Origin: a virus
Strand: one strand, 5' to 3'
Length of the DNA: 64,000 nt
Virus record (IMG/VR): IMGVR_UViG_3300017991_000096
Location: 15,246-79,245 of that record
Positions 19,933 to 28,807 of the stretch are shown here, piece by piece. Numbering within the stretch: the stretch's first letter is position 1; the number at the start of each line of letters is the position of its first letter. The position numbers were made by a program, and so were the translations under genes. The notes beneath the pieces are model-generated. The model saw nothing but the letters and a program-made list of their open reading frames with translations, searched no databases and had not been told where the DNA came from.

Positions 19933-22149
19933 ATGGCCGAACTCAGTGTGGACTTCACCAACGACCTGTCTCGCTACGAGCAGGTTCTCTTTCAACGCGA
20001 CAAGGACGTGCTCGACGGCGAGTTGAACGAGATCGGTCGGCTCATCCGCGTCCGTCGCAAGCGCAGCAACGTCATTCAGGACAGCGACAGTGCTGCTCTC
20101 GCGGGGCGCGAGGGCTACCCTCGGTGCTCTGGCCTCCAGCTTGTCCCGAACGGCGCAGCCAACGACGAGGTGCTCCTCCAGCCCGTACCAGGACGGCGGG
20201 CGTTCGTCGAGTTCCGTGGCTACACCTTCGAGATCGCCGGTCCCATCACCTTTACGTGCGACACGACGGGTGTTGACCGCTTCCAGCAGATCTACATGAC
20301 GGTGACCGAGACGGAGATCTCGGCGGCGGGCGACCCCTCGATCGCGGTGTCCCAGCTTGGCGAGACGGCGCGGAGGATCCGGCTCACCGTCAACTTCGGC
20401 ATCGGTGCCATCAACACCAACACCGCTGGCGCCCTCAACACGGTGCAGGAGCCGTGGGAGGCCGGTGGCGTCAAGGCTGGGGTGTTCGGGCTCGTGAAGC
20501 GTGTGGCTGCGGTCACGACTGCGGTCGTCAACGACTTCGAGATCTTCACGACCTTCCGAGCCCAGCGCGAGTACGCCGACTTCATGGCGCTCTCGCAGAA
20601 GAAAACGATCCTGCGCACCGGCAACTTCGGCGCCGAGGTGGGCAGCGTTTTGGTGAAGCAGGCGGCGCCCAACGACCTCGTTTTCGATAACGTCGGTGTC
20701 ATCCTCCCGCCTGGGTTCTACGACAACGCCTCGGGCGCCATCATGCACTACGTGCTCAACGGGGTGTTCACGCTCGCCAACCCAGGCGACGTGCTCATCA
20801 TCCGCGGTATGGCGTCCTCGCGTCCTGGCCCCGGCTCATCGTTTGGTACGGACATCCAGGCTGTCGTAGGACCGGGCCCCAACGAGGTTGAGGCCGATGT
20901 CGTCTCCTGGGAGCAGTACGTCCACGGCGTCGCACAGGGCAGCGTTGACGGCTTCGAGCAGGTGTTGCCCATCGCCGTGCGCTTGAACGCCGGCCCCAAC
21001 TGGTTGCTCGCTGACGGCCGCACCATCGGTCATCTCCAGGGCTCGGTGGGCACGAACGTGGACACTGACGGCGTCCTATACTTCGATGCTGGTAACCAAC
21101 TCATCGACCACCACGACGGTCTGTTCACGCTGGGATTCGACCGCTACAAAACGCCGCGCGTCCGAGATCGCCGTCTGCCGGCCACCGGGTTCATGCAGTT
21201 GCTCACGGAGGAGATCGTGCTGCCTGCGAACTACCTCGGCGCAGGCAACCAGCCGGTCTTTCGGCGTGTCTACTCGGCCAACGCCCTAGACCGTATCGCC
21301 GATAGTGACGGGAGCCTCCGCCGCTTCACTGGGCGCGTCGAGACGGTCAACGCTCGCTACGTCGGCAACATCGGCAACGAGTGGGAGGCCGACGCGAACG
21401 GCAACGGGTTCACTGCACACGCCATCTACCACGGCATCGAGCAGAACTTCGGCATCGGTCCCATCTTCCTCCCCGTCCGCGTCGAGCGGATGCACTTCCC
21501 GTTCTCCTATGGTGACCCGTGGGGCGAGAGCGACTGGCAGATCGACGGCTCGGGTCACGGCGAGATCGAGCACTTCAACACCAACGGCACTCGCATCAAC
21601 ACGCTCCGCGGTTCCGTCAACGGCTTCGAGCAGTACAGCTACTTCGGCTTCTCTGGCTTCGGCGACCCTGGCATCGGTCCTTCCCAGACCCCCAACCAGA
21701 TGACAGCGAAGCACATGGCGAAGGCATGGTGCTTCGCCACCATCGACGCCGCCGTCTCACCTGTCGTGGTGACCCCTCACTTTGGCGTCGGCTTCTCAGG
21801 CGTGGCGTCCTATACGAGCGCTGCTGGTAACTCTCTGCTCAGTTTCTCGCTGGCGCCTGGCCTCGCATGGGCGACATCGGGCGAGTACACCGTCCACACC
21901 AGCTTCGGATCGGTGATCCCCTTCGGCGGCAACGGCAACCCGACCCGCGTGGGCACCTTCCCAGGTTCCATCGGCAACGGCTGTTTCATCAGCCGCGATG
22001 GGCTCCAGGTGACAGGGAACATCCGTCTGCGTGTGATCGACACGGTCAACTCGGACAACAACCCGATCTTCCCTGCGAGCCTCGGTGGCGGCGGCCTGTC
22101 CTTCGGCCTCTTTATCCACTGCTACGGTGCGATGACCTCGCCGCCGTGA
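19933..22149 (+). CDS. tail fibre / baseplate-attached protein
   Basis: N-terminal RYEQVLFQRDKDVLDGELNE resembles DUF4815/DUF6519-type attachment domains; AKAWC motif near the C-terminus. Confidence 0.6.
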   Translation: MAELSVDFTNDLSRYEQVLFQRDKDVLDGELNEIGRLIRVRRKRSNVIQDSDSAALAGREGYPRCSGLQLVPNGAANDEVLLQPVPGRRAFVEFRGYTFEIAGPITFTCDTTGVDRFQQIYMTVTETEISAAGDPSIAVSQLGETARRIRLTVNFGIGAINTNTAGALNTVQEPWEAGGVKAGVFGLVKRVAAVTTAVVNDFEIFTTFRAQREYADFMALSQKKTILRTGNFGAEVGSVLVKQAAPNDLVFDNVGVILPPGFYDNASGAIMHYVLNGVFTLANPGDVLIIRGMASSRPGPGSSFGTDIQAVVGPGPNEVEADVVSWEQYVHGVAQGSVDGFEQVLPIAVRLNAGPNWLLADGRTIGHLQGSVGTNVDTDGVLYFDAGNQLIDHHDGLFTLGFDRYKTPRVRDRRLPATGFMQLLTEEIVLPANYLGAGNQPVFRRVYSANALDRIADSDGSLRRFTGRVETVNARYVGNIGNEWEADANGNGFTAHAIYHGIEQNFGIGPIFLPVRVERMHFPFSYGDPWGESDWQIDGSGHGEIEHFNTNGTRINTLRGSVNGFEQYSYFGFSGFGDPGIGPSQTPNQMTAKHMAKAWCFATIDAAVSPVVVTPHFGVGFSGVASYTSAAGNSLLSFSLAPGLAWATSGEYTVHTSFGSVIPFGGNGNPTRVGTFPGSIGNGCFISRDGLQVTGNIRLRVIDTVNSDNNPIFPASLGGGGLSFGLFIHCYGAMTSPP

Positions 22150-22163
22150 GCTAAGCTAGTCCC

Positions 22164-22256
22164 ATGCCTGCACCGCGACCTGTCCAGAACTTCGACCGTG
22201 AGGGGCCTAGCAAGGTCCCCGCGCCTGTCCAGAACCCCGAAAGAACGGAGACGTAG
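22164..22256 (+). CDS. 30-aa mini-ORF with duplicated PVQN motif
   Basis: MPAPRPVQNFDREGPSKVPAPVQNPERTET*; fills the intergenic gap and ends 2 nt before the next ATG. Confidence 0.4.
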   Translation: MPAPRPVQNFDREGPSKVPAPVQNPERTET

Positions 22257-22258
22257 TC

Positions 22259-22948
22259 ATGCCTGCACGCTACACATGGGACTGCACACCGGCCAGCGAC
22301 GCGGTGATCGACTTCGACATCCAGAAGTCCACCGACAACGGCAACACCTTTGCCACGGTTGCCACCATCCTTGCCGACACGACGGACCCGCTCGTCTACG
22401 ATGCGGACGCCGACAAGTTCTTCTGGGTGGACGCCACGCCTGTCGCCAAGGAGATCGTGCGCATCGCTGCCCGCAACGCGGTGGGGCTCTCGACCTACCG
22501 CTACCTCTACCCGCCGCCCGTGCAGCCCTCGCTGGTCAACGTCTTTGGCGCCGTGCTCAACCCGCACAACGGGCGCCCCATGAAGGAGGTCGAGGTCATC
22601 ATCTACGCCATGCAGGGCCAGGCCAGCGCGTACCAAGAGAACGACGGGGTGGCCTCCCTGAACGCCGAGAGCGTCACCGTGGCGGCTCGACGCTACAGGG
22701 TGTTCACGGACGCAGAGGGGCGCTGGTCTGTGGACCTCATGCGTGACGTGCCCATGGACATCGAGATCCCTTTCGTCGGGGTCACCCGCACCTTCCGGCT
22801 GCCGAAGGACGAGACGATCCAGGCGGTGAACTTCCGCGACCTTGTCAAGTACCGCATCGCTGGGCCCATCTTTCAGGGCCCCGGCACGAAGGGTCAGCGC
22901 GCTGGCGTGGCCGATGGTCCGCTCGGCGTGGGCGCTCATTTGCCGTAG
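22259..22948 (+). CDS. FN3-like plus carboxypeptidase-regulatory-like (Ig-type) virion protein
   Basis: YTWD...IQKSTDNGNTF...VRIAARNAVGLS; V.G.VLNP.NGRP...TDAEGRWSVDL. Confidence 0.55.
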   Translation: MPARYTWDCTPASDAVIDFDIQKSTDNGNTFATVATILADTTDPLVYDADADKFFWVDATPVAKEIVRIAARNAVGLSTYRYLYPPPVQPSLVNVFGAVLNPHNGRPMKEVEVIIYAMQGQASAYQENDGVASLNAESVTVAARRYRVFTDAEGRWSVDLMRDVPMDIEIPFVGVTRTFRLPKDETIQAVNFRDLVKYRIAGPIFQGPGTKGQRAGVADGPLGVGAHLP

Positions 22949-22962
22949 CCTGGCATACCTGA

Positions 22963-22992
22963 TTGACGGAGTGAGCCCTTCGGGGCTAGGCT
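22963..22992 (+). promoter_or_regulatory. sigma70-like promoter for the replication module
   Basis: TTGACG-N18-TAGGCT; the spacer contains hairpin AGCCC-TTCG-GGGCT. Confidence 0.45.
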
Positions 22993-23001
22993 GGATTCAC
23001 C

Positions 23002-24450
23002 ATGACTCCAGCCATCCACATCGACAACGTGGTGCGCGTGCCTCTGGAGCTACTGCCGGATCCGGTGGGGCTCGTCCACGCGCTCACGCTCGAAAGCCCT
23101 ACAGGCTCGGGGTCCGATCGCTTCCACCCGCTCGCGCGCATTGACGAGAGATGGGGGGAGGTGATCGTCCCTCGCGCGTTCAACCTCCTGCCCTGGCTCA
23201 AGCCGAAGAAGCAGTATGTCATACACGACAACGTGGCGTTCTGGCCTTGGCGCCGGGTGACCCTCGGGGACCGGACCCCAGAGCTCGGCCCCAACAAGTT
23301 CATCGCCTACGACCAAGGTCCAGCCTGGGAGGCGATCAGCCGCACGCCTCACCGCCCCTACGGTCAGATCCTCGCGCTCGGCTGCGGCAAGGGCAAGACG
23401 GTCCTCGCCCTCTCGCTCGCCCGCAAGCGTGGCGTGCCGACCCTCGTGGTCTGCCACACGATCAACATGATGAATACGTGGGCGCAGACGGCAGTGGACC
23501 TGTTCGGCGTGGACCCCTCCCGCATCGGGTTCATCGGAGGCGGCAAGAAAACCTGGCCTGGCAAAGACTTGGTGTTCACCACCATGCCTGGCGTCCTTTC
23601 CGGCTCGCTGCCCCCACAGTTCTTCTCGACGTGGGGGCTCGTGATCTTCGATGAGGGTGACCTTCTCGGAGCAAAGCACCTGTCGAAGATCCTCCCCCTG
23701 TTCATGGGTGAGCGCCTGCTCGTGACCGCTACCGTTACCCGTAGCGATGGTATGGAGGCCCTGTACTTCCACCACGTCGGCAAGGTGGTGTATGAGGACA
23801 CGCGCCCTGATCTGGAGCCTCGATGCTACGTCCTCGACTCTCCGGTGCCGCCGTTCGTCTGGGTGGAGGAAGGCACGCGCAAGAAGAAGCGCAAGAAGCA
23901 AACCACGGAGCGCTACGCATGGAACAGGTTTGTGAACCGTCCAGCGCCCCACGTCCCCCGCACCGTTTCGTTCCTGGTGGATCACGTCCCCGAGCGCTTC
24001 GCCTGGGAGATGGAGGTGGTGGGCGAGCTACTGGGCGAGGGCCGCAAGGTGCTGTTCCTGGGCGAGCGTGTCGAGGATCTCAAGCGCCACCACGACGCTG
24101 CGGTCAAGCTGGACTGGGAGAGCGGGCTCGCGCTGGGCTCCTCGCACATGACCGACGATGAGGTGAAGGCTGTACTCCGCGACTGTCGAGTGATCTGGGG
24201 CATCCAGCAGATCGCCAAGCGGGGTCTGAACCAGCCCGACATCGACACCATCGTCATCCAGTTCGCCAGCTTCAAGGACGAGAACAGGCTACAGCAGACG
24301 GTTGGCCGCGCCCTCCGCTTCACGGACGGAGGCAAGGACCCGTTGGTGGTCGTGCTCAACGACTCCAATGTCGGGTGTCTCAACAACAACGCCGTCGAGA
24401 TCGTGGCGTGGCTCCAACGCCAGGGCTACGCCGTGGAGTGGTACGAATGA
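23002..24450 (+). CDS. superfamily 2 (DEAD/DEAH-like) helicase
   Basis: GCGKGKT, IFDEGD, TAT..RSDG, RGLNQPDIDT, QTVGRALR. Confidence 0.85.
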   Translation: MTPAIHIDNVVRVPLELLPDPVGLVHALTLESPTGSGSDRFHPLARIDERWGEVIVPRAFNLLPWLKPKKQYVIHDNVAFWPWRRVTLGDRTPELGPNKFIAYDQGPAWEAISRTPHRPYGQILALGCGKGKTVLALSLARKRGVPTLVVCHTINMMNTWAQTAVDLFGVDPSRIGFIGGGKKTWPGKDLVFTTMPGVLSGSLPPQFFSTWGLVIFDEGDLLGAKHLSKILPLFMGERLLVTATVTRSDGMEALYFHHVGKVVYEDTRPDLEPRCYVLDSPVPPFVWVEEGTRKKKRKKQTTERYAWNRFVNRPAPHVPRTVSFLVDHVPERFAWEMEVVGELLGEGRKVLFLGERVEDLKRHHDAAVKLDWESGLALGSSHMTDDEVKAVLRDCRVIWGIQQIAKRGLNQPDIDTIVIQFASFKDENRLQQTVGRALRFTDGGKDPLVVVLNDSNVGCLNNNAVEIVAWLQRQGYAVEWYE

Positions 24451-24857
24451 AGGAGAAGCAACTAACTAAGAAAGTGACCTTCGATGTCTACATCAAGGAG
24501 TTGGACGTGTGGGCCCCCCAGACCTTCACGGCTCGCATCTTTGAACTCGAACCCGGCCGGTTCATCCGGCTATTCCCCATCGGCACCCTCGCAAGGGTGC
24601 TGTGCCGCACCCCTCAGATGGTGACGTTCTGGGAGCGAGACGGGAAGTTCCCCGCCCCGCTGTTCGCCATCGACGGGGACAAGCGAAAGACAAGGCGCTG
24701 GTACAGCGAGGCCCAGATTCTCATGGTGTCCAAGCACCAGCGCAACATCCTCGGCGACAAGCCAACCTCAACCAACAACCAACACTCAGACCATGACCAG
24801 TTCTTTGCCGCTGTGCGGCGCGACTGGACAATCGAACTACGCGAGGAGACAGTATGA
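24447..24857 (+). CDS. MerR-like HTH DNA-binding protein
   Basis: IGTLARVLCRTPQMVTFWERDGKFP...RWYSEAQI; ATGA coupling. Confidence 0.65.
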   Translation: MKEKQLTKKVTFDVYIKELDVWAPQTFTARIFELEPGRFIRLFPIGTLARVLCRTPQMVTFWERDGKFPAPLFAIDGDKRKTRRWYSEAQILMVSKHQRNILGDKPTSTNNQHSDHDQFFAAVRRDWTIELREETV

Positions 24858-25507
24858 ATCACGACGACCTTACCAAGAAGTTGAAGGCCCAAGAGGCCGC
24901 CCGCATCGAGCACGAGCAACGCCGCAAGGCCGAAGCCGAGTCCATCTGGAGAAACATCGGGGGCCCATCTTCGCTGTCCTCAGCCCCGAAGGCTGTGAAG
25001 CTGATGCGGTCGCTCCTCGACTACATCGTCTCTGGCTGGTACGGCATCGACGCTCGCGTCAGCGGCCTCAAGCAGATCGGTGAGCGCGCTGCGGCGCTCG
25101 CCAACATGACCTGGAACACCATGAACAGCCAGTTGCGGCTCGACCAGGAGCGGTCGGCCGCCATCTACCTCAAGCTGGACGCTCTGCGGGGGCGCGTCGA
25201 GGTGCTGCTGAACGGGGAGGACGGTCGGGGCGGCGTGCTCGACCCCGAGAGCGACGCCTACAAGCTGGCCGAAGTCCTGGCCGATCTGTGCGACCCCGAC
25301 CTGTTCGGGTTCATCGACAAGGACGACTACGAGAGGATGCTCCTCCACTGGGGTGAGGTCATGTTCCACGAGGCCAAGAGCGAGGGGACTATCAGGTCCA
25401 ACCCGGCCGAAGCCCTCTCCAAGCACGTCAACAAGTTGATCCACGAGCACAAGGACGAGATCCAAGCCAACCTCGCGGACGCCTTGGTGAAGAAGGGGGA
25501 CAACTGA
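24854..25507 (+). CDS. hypothetical protein
   Basis: GAGGAG RBS, ATGA coupling, typical codon bias. Confidence 0.6.
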   Translation: MNHDDLTKKLKAQEAARIEHEQRRKAEAESIWRNIGGPSSLSSAPKAVKLMRSLLDYIVSGWYGIDARVSGLKQIGERAAALANMTWNTMNSQLRLDQERSAAIYLKLDALRGRVEVLLNGEDGRGGVLDPESDAYKLAEVLADLCDPDLFGFIDKDDYERMLLHWGEVMFHEAKSEGTIRSNPAEALSKHVNKLIHEHKDEIQANLADALVKKGDN

Positions 25508-25508
25508 C

Positions 25509-25850
25509 ATGCCTACGATCAAGGTCAAGGGAAAGACCAAGCAAGCTAAGGCTCGCATCAAGGTCAAGGCTGCGCACACCGGCAACCGCAAAGACGAGCC
25601 GGCCGTCGAGAAGGAGCGGGAGGTGGTGCTCGCTCACGAGGGAATGGAGCCGTGCTCGATGGTGGGCGTGTCTCTGGGCTACCGCATCAGTGAGAACTAC
25701 CAGAGCGTCCACATGGACGTTCACGTTTCAGTGCCCGTTGCACCTGGGCAGGAAAGGCAAGGGCTGGAGTATGCACGACGAGAAGCCGACCGATTCCTCG
25801 CAGAGTCAGGAGACGACATCCGCGAAGCTCTCGAAGGACTCGCAGAGTAG
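25509..25850 (+). CDS. hypothetical protein with basic N-terminus
   Basis: MPTIKVKGKTKQAKARIKVK; VSLGYRISENYQSVHMDV segment. Confidence 0.6.
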   Translation: MPTIKVKGKTKQAKARIKVKAAHTGNRKDEPAVEKEREVVLAHEGMEPCSMVGVSLGYRISENYQSVHMDVHVSVPVAPGQERQGLEYARREADRFLAESGDDIREALEGLAE

Positions 25851-26001
25851 CGGCGCCGTTACCATAGTTGAGATCAAGCAAGCTATAGCGCTATTGCAAG
25901 ATCCGCACTTCCATGAGACAATGCGGGCTCTCGCCGTGTTGGCCGGATGGAAGGTTGACTCCATCCGCTGTCCGCACTGCGGAAAACCGATAGGAGGGTA
26001 A
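25771..26001 (+). CDS. small CPHCG-containing protein
   Basis: Ends CPHCGKPIGG 2 nt before the next gene; overlaps the upstream gene, start uncertain. Confidence 0.35.
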   Translation: MHDEKPTDSSQSQETTSAKLSKDSQSSGAVTIVEIKQAIALLQDPHFHETMRALAVLAGWKVDSIRCPHCGKPIGG

Positions 26002-26003
26002 CG

Positions 26004-26456
26004 ATGCAGACGTTCCTACCGCTGCCGGATTTCCGGCAGTCGTTGGAGTGCCTCGACATGGCAAGGCTTGGGAAGCAGCGTGTCGAGGCTTGGCAGTGTC
26101 TCAACGGGCTCGCGCTCGGGGAGGCATACGGATGGTGGCACCATCCATGCACGCAGATGTGGGTCGGATACGACGACGCCCTGGCCCACTACTACAACCT
26201 CTCGCTCCAGGTGTTTGAGGAGCACGGAGGGCGCAACGACAAGCTCTGGTACATGCCTACCGGAGACATCATCCTCCCCGACTGGTTCGGGGACGAGCGG
26301 CTGCACTCGCGGCACCGCTCGCAACTACTGGGCAAGGCGCGCGACCACTACAGTCAGTTCGGCTGGGACGAAGATCCGGGGCTCGACTACTGGTGGCCGG
26401 GACGCGGCTACTACGACAGGGAGACACAGAGTTACTATGGCAACGATCAAACTTAG
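26004..26456 (+). CDS. pyrimidine-dimer DNA glycosylase-like protein (MSMEG_6728 / endonuclease V family)
   Basis: MQTFLP...LD..RLGKQRVEA.Q...W.HHP...MW.GY...H..HRS.LL.K...Y.WP. Confidence 0.8.
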   Translation: MQTFLPLPDFRQSLECLDMARLGKQRVEAWQCLNGLALGEAYGWWHHPCTQMWVGYDDALAHYYNLSLQVFEEHGGRNDKLWYMPTGDIILPDWFGDERLHSRHRSQLLGKARDHYSQFGWDEDPGLDYWWPGRGYYDRETQSYYGNDQT

Positions 26457-26940
26457 GCGCGGTGGCACGGACGCCGCTACGCCCTCACGGCATACCTACT
26501 CGACGGATGCAGAGTCTCCCACTACACTGCCCCCTAAAGGGGGCTTGTGTAGGGGAGGGATGGAGAGAAACACTCCCCAACCACAACCACAACCGCCAAC
26601 CAGCCACGCCACGAGCCCCTGCCCCGAGGACGAGGTGATCGAATCCTGGCGGCACCACTACGAGAAGCAGATGGGTCACCCTTGCCCGGCAGTAGGGCGA
26701 TCTGTTGCTGAGCGGGTGGTGGAGATCTACGGCGCTGACGCTGCCCGAGCAGTCAAGGCGTTCTGGACTTCCGAGAAGCTGGCGTGGGTGAACTACCTGC
26801 GCCTGGAGTGGCTGGCGAACGACGAGAACCAGCCCTACGTGTTGGCGGTCATCAAGCCCCGCCAGCAGGGCGGACGTGCCGAGTACACGAAACCCCGATC
26901 GTCAACCCCAACCGTCACACGAAAGCGAAAAGGTCTATGA
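26437..26940 (+). CDS. putative replication initiator-like protein
   Basis: Low-complexity N-half with PPKGG, helical C-half; directly upstream of the DnaC-like ATPase. Confidence 0.45.
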   Translation: MATIKLRRGGTDAATPSRHTYSTDAESPTTLPPKGGLCRGGMERNTPQPQPQPPTSHATSPCPEDEVIESWRHHYEKQMGHPCPAVGRSVAERVVEIYGADAARAVKAFWTSEKLAWVNYLRLEWLANDENQPYVLAVIKPRQQGGRAEYTKPRSSTPTVTRKRKGL

Positions 26941-27461
26941 GGCTAACTCCTCCCGAACGATACCAGGGATACATGCTCGACACTTTGGATGGTACGTTGC
27001 ATGATGTCGTCAGCGAGATCGTCAGCGACCCCCGCAAGGCGATGGCAGGCTCCAAGGTCGTGCTGTACGGGCCGGAAGGTGCCGGCAAGACGACCGCGAT
27101 GGCGACCCTGCACAACGAACTCGTGGCCCGCAGGTGGATGGCATGGTGGGTGGACTGCTTCACCTTCCCCAACGACTTCACTGTTGCGGACGAGTGGCAC
27201 CGCATTCTGGTCCCCTCGCCCGTCCTGCTGCTGGACGATCTCGGCAAGGAGCCCGACCGCATGGCCGAGAAGATGGGTCGCTTGCTCGCAGCGCGGATGC
27301 AGGTCCGCGGGCTCACCTTCATCACAACCAACCTCGCGGTGGACGAGGAGGACCCCGACGCTTGCGCCCTGTCGCAACGGTACGGGCGAAGCCTCCGAAG
27401 CCGCATCCTGGGCAACGGCGAGGTCGTCCTCGTAGACGGGCCCGACTTCCGAACCTCTTAG
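26937..27461 (+). CDS. DnaC/IstB-like AAA+ helicase loader
   Basis: GPEGAGKT, LLLDDLGKE, TFITTNL, RYG..L.SRI. Confidence 0.8.
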   Translation: MRLTPPERYQGYMLDTLDGTLHDVVSEIVSDPRKAMAGSKVVLYGPEGAGKTTAMATLHNELVARRWMAWWVDCFTFPNDFTVADEWHRILVPSPVLLLDDLGKEPDRMAEKMGRLLAARMQVRGLTFITTNLAVDEEDPDACALSQRYGRSLRSRILGNGEVVLVDGPDFRTS

Positions 27462-27569
27462 CTTAGTCACTACGCCCTTCACTCGACACGCAGATAGCCC
27501 ACGGTCGCCCGATGCCGGAATAGTCCTTCATCGGGGGCAGGGCGCTAGCAACACAAGGAAACAGCAACC

Positions 27570-28748
27570 ATGGTAATGATTCACCACAGCAACCAGGACT
27601 ACAACGTCGCTGCCAGTGAGGCGGCCAAGCACGCCCGTACCAAGTTCGAGGCGATGATCGCCAAGGGCACCGCGTCCGCGAGCAGCACGGTCAACCACAT
27701 CCTCGACACGGTGCCGGCAGACACCGTCGTCAAGGCGGCTGGCCTGGAGTTCCGGCCCTACCACCGCATCGGGGAATGGGAGCCCGAGGAGGGCCCGGGG
27801 CGCGTGTACGTTGCACGGGCACCAGACGAGGGTGGCATCCGCGCCTTCCGCCCGCTGCACCCCAACGGGCTCGCTCAAGCCGCGACGCGGTTGGGCATGA
27901 GCACGAACTACGTCAACTCGCTACTCAAGGTGGATGACCCCATGGACATCCCGTGGAAGCACGAACTGCTCACCCACAACCTCAACGAGTTGGCGCAGCA
28001 CGACGACCGGCGGTTCCTCATCCGCTCCGTGAAGCCCCGGAACCACACGCTCCACGAGGTGCGTGCCGTCCTCTCGGACAAGTACCGTCGCCTCGACTCG
28101 CGCCCGATCCTCGATGCGTTCCTGGGATCGGTCAACAACTACGGCGGCCTTCCCTGTGAGGGCACCGTGACGGACACCAAGGTGTTCCTCAAGATCGTGC
28201 TGCCGCACATCTTCGAGCCGGTGCCGAACGAACCTACGTGCTTCGGCATCCAGTTCTCCAACTCGGACTACGGCAACGGCAAGCTGTCCATCCGAGGGTT
28301 CATGCTGCGGCTCGCCTGTACCAACAAGGCGATCACCGAGGAGTCGCTGTCCCAGGTTCACCTTGGGCGGCGGCTGGATGAGAACATCCAGTTCTCCCAG
28401 CAGACCTACGAACTGGACACGGCTGCGATGGCGTCCGCGGTGGGCGACATCGTGACGCAGGTGCTTGCGCCTGGCGCCGTCAACAACCGCATGGAGCAGT
28501 TGCGTCTGGCAAACGAGAAGGGCATCGCCAGCTTCAACACGCTGGGCTCGCTCAAGAAGTCGCTGACCAAGGGCGAATGGGAAGCGGTGAAGGGCGCCTT
28601 CGAGGGCCCCGACGAGCACAACTTGCCCCCCGGCAAGACGCAGTACCGGCTCTCCAACGCGATCTCGTGGATCGCTCACACCGTCGAGGACGGTGACCGG
28701 CGACACGAGTTGGAACAGCTTGCTGGCAGCTACCTCGTGGCTGCCTGA
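27570..28748 (+). CDS. DUF932-like protein
   Basis: VRAVLSDKYRRLD, FSNSDYGNG, RLACTN, HLGR; own RBS and downstream terminator. Confidence 0.7.
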   Translation: MVMIHHSNQDYNVAASEAAKHARTKFEAMIAKGTASASSTVNHILDTVPADTVVKAAGLEFRPYHRIGEWEPEEGPGRVYVARAPDEGGIRAFRPLHPNGLAQAATRLGMSTNYVNSLLKVDDPMDIPWKHELLTHNLNELAQHDDRRFLIRSVKPRNHTLHEVRAVLSDKYRRLDSRPILDAFLGSVNNYGGLPCEGTVTDTKVFLKIVLPHIFEPVPNEPTCFGIQFSNSDYGNGKLSIRGFMLRLACTNKAITEESLSQVHLGRRLDENIQFSQQTYELDTAAMASAVGDIVTQVLAPGAVNNRMEQLRLANEKGIASFNTLGSLKKSLTKGEWEAVKGAFEGPDEHNLPPGKTQYRLSNAISWIAHTVEDGDRRHELEQLAGSYLVAA

Positions 28749-28759
28749 CCACACCCCGC

Positions 28760-28793
28760 GGGTGGGGGCGCTTCGGCGCCCCTGCCCTTTTTT
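28760..28793 (+). terminator. intrinsic terminator
   Basis: GGGTGGGGGCGC-TTCG-GCGCCCCTGCCC followed by T6. Confidence 0.8.
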
Positions 28794-28807
28794 CGTTTGG
28801 AGGCCAC

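Noticed and set aside
119-22948. Extracellular contractile injection system or T6SS
   Set aside because: The tail genes are contiguous with a full phage replication module and include a long tape measure, so a myovirus is the simpler reading.
26937-27461. IS21 element (IstB)
   Set aside because: No IstA transposase or terminal repeats; context indicates a DnaC-like loader.
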